From Pirellulales bacterium (GTDB taxonomy: Bacteria > Planctomycetota > Planctomycetia > Pirellulales > JAICIG01), in contig DATKSN010000233.1 in the NCBI GenBank assembly GCA_035531595.1, positions 4,414-68,413 of the forward strand: 64,000 bases of DNA, written 5' to 3'. Position numbers and translations under genes: made by a program. Position 1 is the stretch's first letter; each line of letters starts with the position of its first letter. Under the pieces are notes generated by a model. That model made no database searches. It saw only the letters and a program-made list of their open reading frames with translations, and had not been told where the DNA came from. Below are positions 8,524 through 17,455 of the stretch, in pieces.

Positions 8524-8646
8524 GTCGGGCATGCCCGCAAGACGGGCGATAGGGGGTAAGGTCAGGCGCGTGAAGCTCCTTCAGGCGCTTCGGCCAGCCA
8601 GCGAAGGCGAGACACGATGACCAGGAGGAACAGGATGGAAAGCAAT

Positions 8647-8853
8647 CCTTTGCGATTTGTCGGACCATATCCTGTGAATCCGGTCAATCCTGTCCAAAAA
8701 AAGCGTTCGAGCGGAGTTTCAGGATGGAGCGCAGCCGCGAGGTCGACCGCGATGAGCGCATCGAATTCAAAAAGCGGCTAGGAACGCGGGCACATCGGCG
8801 GACGCCATCAACTCCGGGTTAACGGTCATCAGGCCCTCCGCCTGGGCGGCACG
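8647..8853 (+). repeat. Direct repeat Y' (copy 2)
   Basis: Matches 7319-7524. It is joined directly to X' at 8853/8856. Confidence 0.85.
8767..8853 (-). pseudogene. vapC 3' remnant (last 28 codons plus stop)
   Basis: Translates to RAAQAEGLMTVNPELMASADVPAFLAAF*, identical to the C-terminus of the intact PIN protein. It is truncated where repeat X' begins. Confidence 0.7.
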
Positions 8854-8855
8854 AC

Positions 8856-8983
8856 GTCGCGACCGCATCAATCACGGCCTTCGCCGCACCTCCCCTGTGC
8901 CGTAACCTCCGGCGAGTCGACGTCGGCGGGCGGAAAGCTACGGCACACGGAGTGTGCCTGCTACTTTGGGCTACTGCCCGACG
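8856..8983 (+). repeat. Direct repeat X' (right copy)
   Basis: See 7146-7274. It carries only the 3' arm of the inverted repeat. Confidence 0.85.
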
Positions 8984-9108
8984 GATCGTGACCGGCAAGC
9001 TGCTCTTGGCAAGAAAGCGGACTTGGGATTATCTTGACCCTGGCGGTGGTCGTTTGGTTGCGCGCTGCGCGGCGCGGCCGCCGGAGTCTCGAACGAAAGG
9101 AGTCGACC

Positions 9109-10053
9109 ATGTACTGGGGGGAATGGAAACCGTATGTTCCCGTGGCTAAGCGGCGCGCCCAGGCCGCCCAGTTCGCGGCGAAGCAGGCGAAGAAAGAGGG
9201 TCGCGACCTGCGGCCGGTGAATATCGAAGGCCGCAAGATCGCACGCACGTTCTGGGGCGGAGCCTGGTGCGACAATCTGGAACGCTACAGCGACTTTGAA
9301 AACCGGCTTCCGCGCGGCCGCACCTACGTTCGCAACGGGTCGGTGATCGACCTGCACATCCAGCCCGGACGCGTGAAAGCCTTCGTCAGCGGCTCGGAGG
9401 TCTACACCGTCAAGATCGAGATCGACCGGCTCAAGCCGGCCGACTGGAAGCGGATCAAGGCCGAGTGCTCGGAAGCGATCGATTCGCTGCTCGACCTGTT
9501 GGCCGGTCGCTTTTCCGACGGCGTCATGCGGCGGCTGACGCGCGAGCGGGACGGCCTTTTTCCGCACCCCAAGGAAATCCATATGTCGTGCAGTTGCCCC
9601 GACTGGGCCGGACTGTGCAAACATATCGCCGCCGTACTCTACGGCGTCGCGGCGCGACTCGACGAGGAACCCCAACTCCTGTTTCTGCTCCGCGACGTCG
9701 ACCACGGCGAGCTGGTCAGCCAGGCGGTCTCGGGCGACAACCTCGCCGGCGCCCTGGGCTCGCGAGGCGACGCCCTGGCCGGAGAAGACCTGGGCGCCAT
9801 GTTCGGGATCGATCTCGATTCATCCGCAGTCGGCCAGGCCGCCACGAAAAGCGGGCGCCGGCGCCGCTCGCCGAGCCGCGCCGCCGAGCCGGCCGTGGCG
9901 ACAATCGTCGCGCCCAAGGTGAAGCGTAAGGCGCATGCCACCGCCGCAGCCCTCCCGCCGGCGGCCGCCGAGGAAACGAAAGCCGCCGCGCGCACGCGGG
10001 CCGCCAGGAAGAAACCGCTTGCCGCGGCCAAGCGAAAGCGCGGCGGCGTTTAG
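9109..10053 (+). CDS. SWIM zinc-finger protein with Lys/Arg/Ala-rich basic tail
   Basis: AAGGAG RBS sits before ATG 9109 (MYWGEWKPYVP). The SWIM motif is CSCPDWAGLCKHIAAVLYGV. The C-terminus is a basic low-complexity tail (..AARKKPLAAAKRKRGGV). No SNF2 helicase partner is adjacent. Confidence 0.8.
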   Translation: MYWGEWKPYVPVAKRRAQAAQFAAKQAKKEGRDLRPVNIEGRKIARTFWGGAWCDNLERYSDFENRLPRGRTYVRNGSVIDLHIQPGRVKAFVSGSEVYTVKIEIDRLKPADWKRIKAECSEAIDSLLDLLAGRFSDGVMRRLTRERDGLFPHPKEIHMSCSCPDWAGLCKHIAAVLYGVAARLDEEPQLLFLLRDVDHGELVSQAVSGDNLAGALGSRGDALAGEDLGAMFGIDLDSSAVGQAATKSGRRRRSPSRAAEPAVATIVAPKVKRKAHATAAALPPAAAEETKAAARTRAARKKPLAAAKRKRGGV

Positions 10054-10075
10054 TTCTTCTTCACCCGCAACCGAG

Positions 10076-10174
10076 AATGAGACGTTCACGGTGGCTGGGG
10101 CGGAGCCTAAGCGATGCCCCGGTCGCTATGTAGCCGGGGCATCGCTTACGCTCTGCCACCAGCCGGCGGGGGCT
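10076..10174 (+). repeat. Palindromic element family PAL, copy a (partial)
   Basis: Core: cacggtggctggggcggagcctaagcgatgccccgg...ccggggcatcgcttacgctctgccaccagcc. It starts about 20 bp after the SWIM gene stop. Confidence 0.8.
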
Positions 10175-10237
10175 TGAACCGGTCTTGCGTCCAGGCGAAG
10201 ATCTGGTTAATCTCCCGTTCCTTTCCCGCAACGTATC

Positions 10238-10684
10238 GTGACTCAAAGCGTCCAAATCGGGCCCGACCGGTTTTCCGTCCGACGGCGGCTTTTGCTGGCC
10301 GTGGCGGGCGTGTGCTGGTTGGCGCCCCTGGTGGTGGCTGGTTGCTTGCGGCCGGACCCGAACGGGCTCGGCACGCACCAGCAACTCGGCCTGCCTCCGT
10401 GTACGTTCGTTTGGCTGTTCGGCATGCGATGTCCCTCGTGCGGCATGACCACCTCGTGGGCCCATGCGGCGCGTGGGAATTGGACCGCGGCGCTGGCGTC
10501 GAATTCGGGCGGGGCCTTGCTGGCCGGCGTGGCGGCGCTGGCGGGGCCCTGGCTGGTGGTTTCGGCCGCCCGCGGGCGCTGGCTGACACGGCCGCCCAGC
10601 GAGCGCGCGTTGGTGGGCGCCTCCCTGGGGGTGGTCGTGGTGACGTTGATCGACTGGATTTGCCGGCTGAGCTTCGGCCGATAG
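10238..10684 (+). CDS. DUF2752-family membrane protein
   Basis: CTFVWLFGMRCPSCGMTTSW motif (CPxCGxT) followed by hydrophobic segments. GTG start. Confidence 0.7.
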   Translation: MTQSVQIGPDRFSVRRRLLLAVAGVCWLAPLVVAGCLRPDPNGLGTHQQLGLPPCTFVWLFGMRCPSCGMTTSWAHAARGNWTAALASNSGGALLAGVAALAGPWLVVSAARGRWLTRPPSERALVGASLGVVVVTLIDWICRLSFGR

Positions 10685-10712
10685 TTTCGTTCAAGAGGAA
10701 CGAGGAAATACC

Positions 10713-11393
10713 ATGCACCGGTCTCATTCGCGGACGTGCTGCTACTTGTTGGCCCTTGTGGCGGCCGGCGGTATCGTGCCGTCGCAAGGCGGTTGTCGGA
10801 CCATGTTGACCACGGCCGTCTATCTGATCAAGGGAACCGACGTGGACCCGGAATACGTCGGGCTCAAGGACAAAACGGTGGCCATCGTCTGCCGTCCCGC
10901 GCAAAGCTTGCAATTCGGTTCCAGCAGCGTGGCGACGGAAATCGCCACGGAGGTCGGCCGATTGCTGAAGTCGCACCTTCGCGGCAGGATCAAGGTCATT
11001 CCCGCCCGCGACGTCGATAACTGGATCGACGAGAACAGCCGCGGCGAGGACGACTTCGCCGACATCGGCAACGCCCTCGAAGCCGACATGGTACTGGGAA
11101 TCGAACTGGAAGCATTCGAGTTGAGCCAAGGACAGACCCTTTGGCAAGGCCAGTCGCAGGTCCGGCTGAAAGTGCTCGACATGACGATCGAGGACGAACG
11201 GGACCGGATCGTTTTCGACAAGATCATGCCGCACGTCGTCTTTCCGCCCAAGGCCGGCATTCCGGTCCAAGACCGTTCCGAGGACGCGTTCCGCCGCCAA
11301 TACGTGAGCGTCTTGTCCGACACGATCGGCCGCTACTTCTACCCGCACGATCCGCGCGACGTCTTCGCCCAGGACTCCGGGCCGTTCAACTGA
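10713..11393 (+). CDS. Hypothetical lipoprotein
   Basis: The N-terminus MHRSHSRTCCYLLALVAAGGIVPSQGGC looks like a signal peptide with a lipobox Cys. Codon bias is consistent with coding. No family recognised. Confidence 0.6.
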   Translation: MHRSHSRTCCYLLALVAAGGIVPSQGGCRTMLTTAVYLIKGTDVDPEYVGLKDKTVAIVCRPAQSLQFGSSSVATEIATEVGRLLKSHLRGRIKVIPARDVDNWIDENSRGEDDFADIGNALEADMVLGIELEAFELSQGQTLWQGQSQVRLKVLDMTIEDERDRIVFDKIMPHVVFPPKAGIPVQDRSEDAFRRQYVSVLSDTIGRYFYPHDPRDVFAQDSGPFN

Positions 11394-11500
11394 GCCGCGC
11401 GCACGACATGCCATCGTGACCTATGCTTGGTATGGACGGAACGCCACGGAGGGCGTTCCCTACAGACCTGACTTGATTCATCCGCGGTGAACCGACCGAC

Positions 11501-12628
11501 ATGACGGCAACCGTCGAAATCCCATTGCCGAACACGACGATTCCGGAGGTCACGCCGGCCCGGCGGCATTGGACGACGTCGCGGACGCTCGACGAGTTCG
11601 ATGCGCTCGAAGCCGCTTGGACGACGTGCCCAGCCGCCGCTTCCAACCCGATGCGGTCGTTTTCCTGGCTGCGCTCGGCGATCGCGAGCCTGGCCCAAGA
11701 GCGGAAAATCCAGGTGATCGCGCTGTGCGACGGCGCGCGACTGTTGGCCGCGGCGCCTTTGATCAGGGCTCAGGCCGGCCGCTGGGAACTCTTGAACCAT
11801 TACAAGCTCTACGAGCCGGCCGATCTGGTGTACGCCGACGCGGCCGCCTTGGCCGAGTTGACAGGCGAGCTGGCTCGCCGTGGATTGCCGCTTTTCCTGG
11901 GGCGTCTGCCGGCCGATTCGCCCACGGTCGCGGCCATCCAAAGGGCTTACGGCCGGCGGGGGCGCGTCGTCGTCCGTCCCCAGGCCGGCTTCCCCTACAT
12001 TCCGCTCGACGCCGCCTGGTCGGCGCCGGAAGGCCGGCTCTCGTCGCGCCGCCGCGGCGACTTTCGCCGTGCTCGGCGGCACGCCGAGGAGCAGGGCGAA
12101 GTGGCCGGCGAGATCGTCGCCCCGTCGTCGCGCGACGTCGATGAACTGCTCGACGTCGTGTTTGAGATCGAGGGTCTTTCCTGGAAGGGCGCGCAGGGGA
12201 CGGCCTTGGCCCGTGACGCCGCCCGCGCCGCCTTCTACCGCCGTTTCGCACGCCGCGCCGCGCGCGACGGCAGCCTGCGATTGGGCTTCCTGCGGATCGG
12301 CGGCAACGTGGCGGCCGTGCAGATCAGCGTGGTCCAGGCCGATGCCCTGTGGGTGCTCAAGATCGGCTACGATCCGCGCTTCCATCGGGCCAGTCCCGGC
12401 ATCCTGCTGATGGTCGAGCAGATCAAGGATGCCGTGGCGGCCGGACTTTCGCGGTACGAGTTGCTTGGGACGGTCGAGCCGTGGATTCAGGTCTGGACCG
12501 AACACCAGCGGGCCTGCGTCTCGTTGCGCGCTTATCCGGCCAACCTGCGGGGCGCGGCCACGCTGGCGCGGGAAGCGGCGGCCATGGGATACCGGCGGCT
12601 TCTGGGGCGCGCGGCATGCGAACGCTGA
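11501..12628 (+). CDS. GNAT/FemAB-related acetyltransferase (CelD-like, Acetyltransf_6 type)
   Basis: C-terminal FLRIGGNVAAVQISVVQADALWVLKIGYDPRFHRASPGILLMVEQIKDAVAAGLSRYELLG is typical of CelD-like GNAT proteins. Confidence 0.6.
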   Translation: MTATVEIPLPNTTIPEVTPARRHWTTSRTLDEFDALEAAWTTCPAAASNPMRSFSWLRSAIASLAQERKIQVIALCDGARLLAAAPLIRAQAGRWELLNHYKLYEPADLVYADAAALAELTGELARRGLPLFLGRLPADSPTVAAIQRAYGRRGRVVVRPQAGFPYIPLDAAWSAPEGRLSSRRRGDFRRARRHAEEQGEVAGEIVAPSSRDVDELLDVVFEIEGLSWKGAQGTALARDAARAAFYRRFARRAARDGSLRLGFLRIGGNVAAVQISVVQADALWVLKIGYDPRFHRASPGILLMVEQIKDAVAAGLSRYELLGTVEPWIQVWTEHQRACVSLRAYPANLRGAATLAREAAAMGYRRLLGRAACER

Positions 12629-13551
12629 CGAGCTACCTGCGGCGAACCGCTTCAGGCTGCCTTTGGCCGCTTGCTCGGCGCGCCGCCCGCGGCTACATCG
12701 CCGGACCCGAACTCGGCGACGCGCTGCGCGTCGCCGATCATCTGGGCGGACGCGGGTTTCGTTCGACGCTGGGCTTTTGGGACGGCGAAGGGGACTCGCC
12801 GCGCGGCGTGGCCGACCAATACCTGGCCGCGCTCGACGCCCTGGCCGCGCGGCGCGCCGAACATGCCGCCGAGGCGGGCGGCGACTCGTATCTCTCGATC
12901 AAGCCGCCCGCCTTGCAATTCTCGCCGGAGTTGCTGGGTGAAGTGGCCCACCGCGCGGCGCGGCGGCAGGTACGGCTGCACTTCGATTCCCATGGGCCGG
13001 AAACGGCCGCCGCCACCTGGCAGGCGATCGCGGCGCTCGCCGGCGCGGGATCGGAGCTGAGTTGTACGTTGCCCGGCCGCTGGCGAAGGAGCCTTGACGA
13101 CGCCGAGTCGGCGATCGCGCGGGGTGTGATCGCCCGCGTGGTCAAGGGGCAATGGAGCGACGTCGAGCAGCCGGAGCTCGGCATGCGCGAGGGCTTCTTG
13201 AACGTCATTGATCGTTTGGCGGGCCGAGCGCGGCATGTGGCGGTGGCCAGCCACGACGCGCCTTTGGCGGCCGAGGCGCTCAAGCGGCTGCGGGCAAGCG
13301 GAACCTCATGCGATCTGGAGCTTCTTTACGGACTGCCGGTGCGCGCCGCGCTCGACGTGGCGGCCGAGCTTGGCGTACCCGTTCGGATTTACGTCCCGTA
13401 CGGCCGAGCTTATCTTCCCTATTGCCTGGCCCAGGCCCGGCGTCAGCCGCGCCTGCTTTGGTGGCTGTTGCGCGATTCCCTCGTTCCCACGCTCCGCGTG
13501 GGAGCGCACCGTCGGCCGCTCCGCGGCCCTGGCGGCTCGCTCAAAGGCTAG
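12616..13551 (+). CDS. Proline dehydrogenase-family protein
   Basis: Start moved to ATG 12616 (MRTLTSYL), which overlaps the GNAT gene end by 13 nt. Motifs: YLSIKPPAL, ARVVKGQW, VASHDA, LELLYGLP, RIYVPYGRAYLPYCLAQARRQP. The last 20 or so codons are encoded by a REP element. Confidence 0.65.
   Translation: MRTLTSYLRRTASGCLWPLARRAARGYIAGPELGDALRVADHLGGRGFRSTLGFWDGEGDSPRGVADQYLAALDALAARRAEHAAEAGGDSYLSIKPPALQFSPELLGEVAHRAARRQVRLHFDSHGPETAAATWQAIAALAGAGSELSCTLPGRWRRSLDDAESAIARGVIARVVKGQWSDVEQPELGMREGFLNVIDRLAGRARHVAVASHDAPLAAEALKRLRASGTSCDLELLYGLPVRAALDVAAELGVPVRIYVPYGRAYLPYCLAQARRQPRLLWWLLRDSLVPTLRVGAHRRPLRGPGGSLKG
13478..13528 (+). repeat. REP-like element (gttcccacgctccgcgtgg family), copy 1
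   Basis: ccctcgttcccacgctccgcgtgggagcgcaccgtcggccgctccgcggcc. Related copies lie at 13631, 20947, 33187 (inverted) and 63399. Confidence 0.8.
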
Positions 13552-13578
13552 GATGGCAACGCGGCCGACCATCGTAGA

Positions 13579-13622
13579 CATCACGCTCCGCGTGATGAAA
13601 CCACATCACGCGGAGCGTGATG
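13579..13622. repeat. Perfect 19-bp-stem hairpin (catcacgctccgcgtgatg / catcacgcggagcgtgatg, 6-nt loop)
   Basis: Read directly from the sequence. It sits between two REP copies. Confidence 0.85.
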
Positions 13623-13630
13623 ACTACGGT

Positions 13631-13681
13631 CCCTCGTTCCCACGCTCCGCGTGGAAGCGCACCGTCGACCGCTCCGCGGCC
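13631..13681 (+). repeat. REP-like element, copy 2
   Basis: ccctcgttcccacgctccgcgtggaagcgcaccgtcgaccgctccgcggcc. Confidence 0.8.
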
Positions 13682-13829
13682 TGGGGCCGGCTCGCTGGGT
13701 TGAAGCTGTCGTGACGGAGCCGATAGAGTAGAGTTGGAGCTCCCCCACCGGAACGCCGGGCCAGGTGCCTTACCGCATTGTCCAAGTGCCATGCCATCCT
13801 AGACCGCGGTCGGGCAACCGTCGAGGAGG

Positions 13830-14327
13830 TCATGGCGCCCGGGCCGGCGCCTGGACGGGCACGACGAAGCTCATGTGCAACTCCGAGTGCCGCAGGTGCA
13901 AACTGTCCCACTCGTCGAGGCTCATCTCCCCCAGCAGCGCATGGGGCGATCGCTCGGTTTCGTCGCGCAGCCGTTGGATCGCCACCCGCAGCATGGCCAA
14001 GCCCTCGTCGGTGTTGATGGGGCCGGGTACGAGGAAATCGGCCGCTCGGCCCGGCAGCGTGAAGCCGGCCGACATGGGACGAGTGATGATCCGCCGACGC
14101 ATGAAAAGCCGCACGACCGTTCGTATCGGCCAGGGAGCCTTGTACGGAATGCCGTCGATGGCAAATTCCATCCCCCGCGACAAGTGAGCCAGGATTTGCC
14201 CCAGCGACCAATTGCCCAGCAGGCGGACCTCCCCGCCGGCCAGCCGCTCGGCGTCGTTCAAAAGATCCTGGTAACTGTCGTAGTGTACCTCTCTACGACC
14301 GGTTACTTTGCCCGTCTTGACGGCCAT
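13830..14327 (-). CDS. DinB-like / DUF1569-family protein
   Basis: Start moved to ATG 14327 (MAVKTGKVTGRREVHYDSYQDLL). Motifs: NWSLGQILAHLSRGMEFAIDG ... LDEWDSLHLRHSELHMSF. Confidence 0.65.
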   Translation of the reverse strand: MAVKTGKVTGRREVHYDSYQDLLNDAERLAGGEVRLLGNWSLGQILAHLSRGMEFAIDGIPYKAPWPIRTVVRLFMRRRIITRPMSAGFTLPGRAADFLVPGPINTDEGLAMLRVAIQRLRDETERSPHALLGEMSLDEWDSLHLRHSELHMSFVVPVQAPARAP

Positions 14328-14475
14328 GCCAATTGCCTCAAAGAGAGATAATGAATGGGATACCCCCCGATGGCATGTTAGTGTAATCGGTTGCCGGCGG
14401 CGTGCCAAGCGGTTGGTGGAGTGGTGAGTAGTGAGTCGCGGCCTGTCGCGAAACACGCGCCGACCGCTATAATCC

Positions 14476-15231
14476 GTGGCCCTTTCCAAGCGGGCGGCAA
14501 GGATGACGCGGATGACTGAAACGGTGCGGGTCGTCATACAGGCGAGAATGAATTCGTCGCGGCTGCCCGGCAAGATCATGGCGCCCTTGGCGGGCCGGCC
14601 GCTACTGGCCCAAGTCGTCGCACGGCTGGAAGCGGCGGGTCATGCCGCCTTCAAAACCGGCGCCCCCATGTGGGAAGTGCTGGTCGCGACCTCGACCGCG
14701 CCGGCGGATGACGCGACGGAATATTTTTGCCGCGAGTTGGGCGCGGCTTGCTTCCGTGGCCCGGAAGACGACGTGCTCGCGAGGTACGTGGCCGCCGGCG
14801 AGAGTCTGGCCGACGACGACCTCGTGGTGCGCGCGACGGCCGACAACCCGCTTTATTGTCCGCTGCGAACGGCGGCGATCGTCGCCGAGCATCTACGGAT
14901 CGGGGCCGACTATACGTGCATCGAAAGCCTCTCCTATGTCGTGCCGGAGGTGATACGGGCCGGAGCGCTGCGAACGATGGCCCGGCTTGCCATCGACGCC
15001 CAGCACCGCGAACACGTCACGCCCTACTTCCGTCAAACGCCCGGCCGCTTTCGCGTCGCGCCGTTGCCGCAAACCTGGCAAGGTCTGCGGCCCGACATTC
15101 GCCTCACGGTCGATACGCGGGCTGAACTTGAGCGAATGGCCTGGATCTTCGAGCGCTTGGGCGCCGACGGCCCGCTGTTCCCGCTCGAAGACGTCTATGA
15201 GCTGTGCGACAAAGCGCTCGGAAAGGTTTAA
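14476..15231 (+). CDS. Cytidylyltransferase-fold protein (SpsF/NeuA-like, COG1861 type)
   Basis: VRVVIQARMNSSRLPGKIMAPLAGRPLL motif. The start is uncertain, with in-frame ATGs at 14503 and 14512. Confidence 0.7.
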   Translation: MALSKRAARMTRMTETVRVVIQARMNSSRLPGKIMAPLAGRPLLAQVVARLEAAGHAAFKTGAPMWEVLVATSTAPADDATEYFCRELGAACFRGPEDDVLARYVAAGESLADDDLVVRATADNPLYCPLRTAAIVAEHLRIGADYTCIESLSYVVPEVIRAGALRTMARLAIDAQHREHVTPYFRQTPGRFRVAPLPQTWQGLRPDIRLTVDTRAELERMAWIFERLGADGPLFPLEDVYELCDKALGKV

Positions 15232-15336
15232 TCCGCTTCCCGCGGACGGCCGAAAACAACCATACGGGATGGACCGGCTCTCGCTGAGCGGCGAACTCCC
15301 GTCCCTTGGACACGGGAACCGGACGGGAAATCGCCG

Positions 15337-16764
15337 ATGAACGCATTCCGCATGCCTGCCGCCGTCGCGGTGCTCATGCTCGCGTGCGCGTCGGCACTCT
15401 CCGCCCAAACGCCCGAACTTACGGACGACGACCGATTGACACCGGCGTACCTCGCGGCCTATCGACCACGCAAGGCGTGCGACGCTTGCCGCCGTTGCGG
15501 CGATCCTTGCCGCTGCCGCCGCCCCAAGGCCAGGCCCGCGCCCAGCACGAACGATACGCCGTCCGCGCCCGGTATCGGGCCTTCCACCGAACAGGAACCC
15601 GGTGAAACCCCCGCCCCCGCGGGCGGAATACGAAACGACGCGGCGCCCGATCTCGGCTCGATTGCCGGCGCGTACGGAGGCGCGTCGGGACCGCAATCGG
15701 CCGGCACGTTCATGATCGGCGACTACCTGGCCGGCGGCGCCTTCGGAGGCACGCTGTTCTTGAACAACACCGTCACGACACCCAACGTCACCCTGCCCAA
15801 CGGTGAGATCATTCCGGGGAAGGTCGTCAGCGTCACCGTTCCGTACGGCGGGCACCTGGCGGCGCCCTTCAACCTGCGGACGTTCAATATCGCCGACAAC
15901 GAAAGCCCGTGGCCCCGCAACCGCGTCTTCTTCACCTCGAACTACTTCGCCCAGGTGGGCGACTCGACCGGCCTCACGCAGGAGATGGGAGGCTTCGAAC
16001 GCACGTTCGGCGAGGGACGGTCGTCGTTCGGGATGCGGATCCCGTTCTGGACGGTCGATCCGGGCGTGGCCCCAGACCCCTTCGCGCCGGGCGGGCAGAT
16101 CGGCACGTTCGGCGCCGGGACCGGCACCAGCGCCTACATCGGCGACCTGACGTTCCTTTACAAGCGGGCCTTGATCTTTCAACCGAACAGCGGCAATGTG
16201 CTTTCGGTCGGCGCAGCCGTGACCACGCCCACCGGTCCGGCCACGTTCGCGGGCGTCACGCCGCTCTACACCATCAACGGCGTCGATCACCGCGGCAGCA
16301 TCCAACCCTGGATGGGGTTCTATCGCTCGATCGGGCGTGCCTTCGACGGCCTGTTCGTACACGGCTTTTCCTCGATCGATGCCCCGTTTTCGGCCCACGA
16401 CGCGACCTTCTGGTACAACGACTATGGGTTGGGGTACTACTACAAGCGGAACACCAATCGCGGGCTGACGGGTATTGTGCCCACCGTCGAGTGCCATGTG
16501 AACACGCCCTTGGGCAATCGCACCCACGGCGTGACCGCCACGCAGTCCCTGGCCGCGATGACCGGTTTCTCCAACATGCTGGGCAGCGTGCAGTATACCA
16601 ATACGGTCGACCTCACGTCGGGCGCGACCTTGGTCTTCAACCGCCGCACGACCTTGACCGTCGCCGCCGTGGCGCCCGTCAGTTCGCCGCAACCCTTCAA
16701 CTACGAGCTCGTGATGCAACTCAACGTGCTGCGCACCCCTTGGCGAGTCGGCCCGCCCCCGTGA
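15337..16764 (+). CDS. Secreted protein, putative outer-membrane beta-barrel
   Basis: Signal peptide MNAFRMPAAVAVLMLACASALSAQ. The N-terminal stretch is Cys/Arg-rich. The IADNESPWPRNRVFFTSNYF motif and Gly/Thr/aromatic-rich alternating segments are typical of planctomycete porin-like proteins. Confidence 0.6.
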   Translation: MNAFRMPAAVAVLMLACASALSAQTPELTDDDRLTPAYLAAYRPRKACDACRRCGDPCRCRRPKARPAPSTNDTPSAPGIGPSTEQEPGETPAPAGGIRNDAAPDLGSIAGAYGGASGPQSAGTFMIGDYLAGGAFGGTLFLNNTVTTPNVTLPNGEIIPGKVVSVTVPYGGHLAAPFNLRTFNIADNESPWPRNRVFFTSNYFAQVGDSTGLTQEMGGFERTFGEGRSSFGMRIPFWTVDPGVAPDPFAPGGQIGTFGAGTGTSAYIGDLTFLYKRALIFQPNSGNVLSVGAAVTTPTGPATFAGVTPLYTINGVDHRGSIQPWMGFYRSIGRAFDGLFVHGFSSIDAPFSAHDATFWYNDYGLGYYYKRNTNRGLTGIVPTVECHVNTPLGNRTHGVTATQSLAAMTGFSNMLGSVQYTNTVDLTSGATLVFNRRTTLTVAAVAPVSSPQPFNYELVMQLNVLRTPWRVGPPP

Positions 16765-16777
16765 TCGCGAAAATGTG

Positions 16778-16806
16778 TTGGTCCGTCGCAATCGACGGGG
16801 TATAAT
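16778..16806 (+). promoter_or_regulatory. Sigma70-like promoter (TTGGTC - 17 nt - TATAAT) for the antitoxin/parE pair
   Basis: -35 at 16778-16783 and -10 at 16801-16806, about 55 nt upstream of ATG 16863. Confidence 0.45.
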
Positions 16807-16862
16807 AGCGGTGACGTTGGAACCGACTCGCAAGCCGCTCATTCATGCCACAGGAAACTAGC

Positions 16863-17096
16863 ATGACTCAAGTCATCGTCGATGCGACCCTGAAACGCAA
16901 GCTCTTGAACCTCACGCGGAAATTGGAATTCCGCTCAGCATCGGGAGAAGTGCTCGGCACCTTCGTACCGACGGTAGATTACGAGCAGGTCGAGCGCGCC
17001 ATGCCCAAGCTCTCGGAAGAAGAGATGCGTCGCCGTGAAAAGGAAACCGGGGGGTATACGACGGCGGAAGTTCTCGCCTATCTGGAAAAGCTGTGA
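16863..17096 (+). CDS. Antitoxin partner of the ParE-like toxin
   Basis: MTQVIVDATLKRKLL...YTTAEVLAYLEKL. It overlaps the toxin start by 4 nt (ATGA). A paralogue lies at 26771-27001. Confidence 0.65.
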   Translation: MTQVIVDATLKRKLLNLTRKLEFRSASGEVLGTFVPTVDYEQVERAMPKLSEEEMRRREKETGGYTTAEVLAYLEKL

Positions 17097-17350
17097 CTTT
17101 CCGCGTCATCTGGCAACCCTCCGCGCTTGACGACTTGGCAGCCGTATGGATGGCAGCCGATTCCGACCGGCGGCGTGCGATCACAGAGGCGACAGAAGGG
17201 ATCCACGAGATCCTGCGGAATGATCCCTTACATGCGGGCGAATCACGCGACGGCGGCCGACGGATTCTATTTGGCGGACCACTTGTTGTCGTGTTTCGAG
17301 TCCTGCGCTCGCAAAACGTCGTTCATGTTTTGCGCGCGTGTCGGAGTTGA
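17093..17350 (+). CDS. parE: ParE/RelE-superfamily toxin
   Basis: MTFRVIWQPSALDDLAAVW...DPLHAGESRDGGRRILFGGPLVVVFRV...VVHVLRA fits the ParE-type pattern. Confidence 0.7.
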   Translation: MTFRVIWQPSALDDLAAVWMAADSDRRRAITEATEGIHEILRNDPLHAGESRDGGRRILFGGPLVVVFRVLRSQNVVHVLRACRS

Positions 17351-17455
17351 AGCTTCGCCAGCGCGACCTTCGACCTCAGACGTGTACGGCTTTCTCCTTT
17401 CGCCAAACACCCTTAGAATGGCAGGAAGGAAACCCTTCCCACCAGGGCCGACGGC

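Noticed and set aside
7094-8983. The repeats flanking the vapBC module considered as integron attC sites, making it a TA gene cassette.
   Set aside because: I could not find the RYYYAAC/GTTRRRY core sites. There is no intI-type integrase nearby, and the recombinase at 23386 looks like an ordinary XerC/D. The repeats are direct duplications that include part of vapC.
12349-12615. The upstream extension of the proline-dehydrogenase ORF (the track start at 12349).
   Set aside because: It overlaps the 3' third of the GNAT gene in another frame and encodes Arg/Gly-rich sequence. The ATG at 12616 gives a sensible N-terminus and a 13-nt coupling overlap.
14893-16842. A 649-aa minus-strand ORF, and similar long ORFs at 10146-11414(-), 17267-18946(-), 25282-26769(+), 27340-28497(+), 33408-34685(+), 34682-36037(+), 43324-44367(+), 44449-45816(+), 50970-52547(-), 60204-61709(-) and 61851-63938(-).
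   Set aside because: All lie antisense to, or out of frame with, genes that carry clear family motifs. Their translations are Arg/Gly/Pro/Ala/His-rich low-complexity strings with no motifs. Stop-codon scarcity in high-GC DNA explains them.
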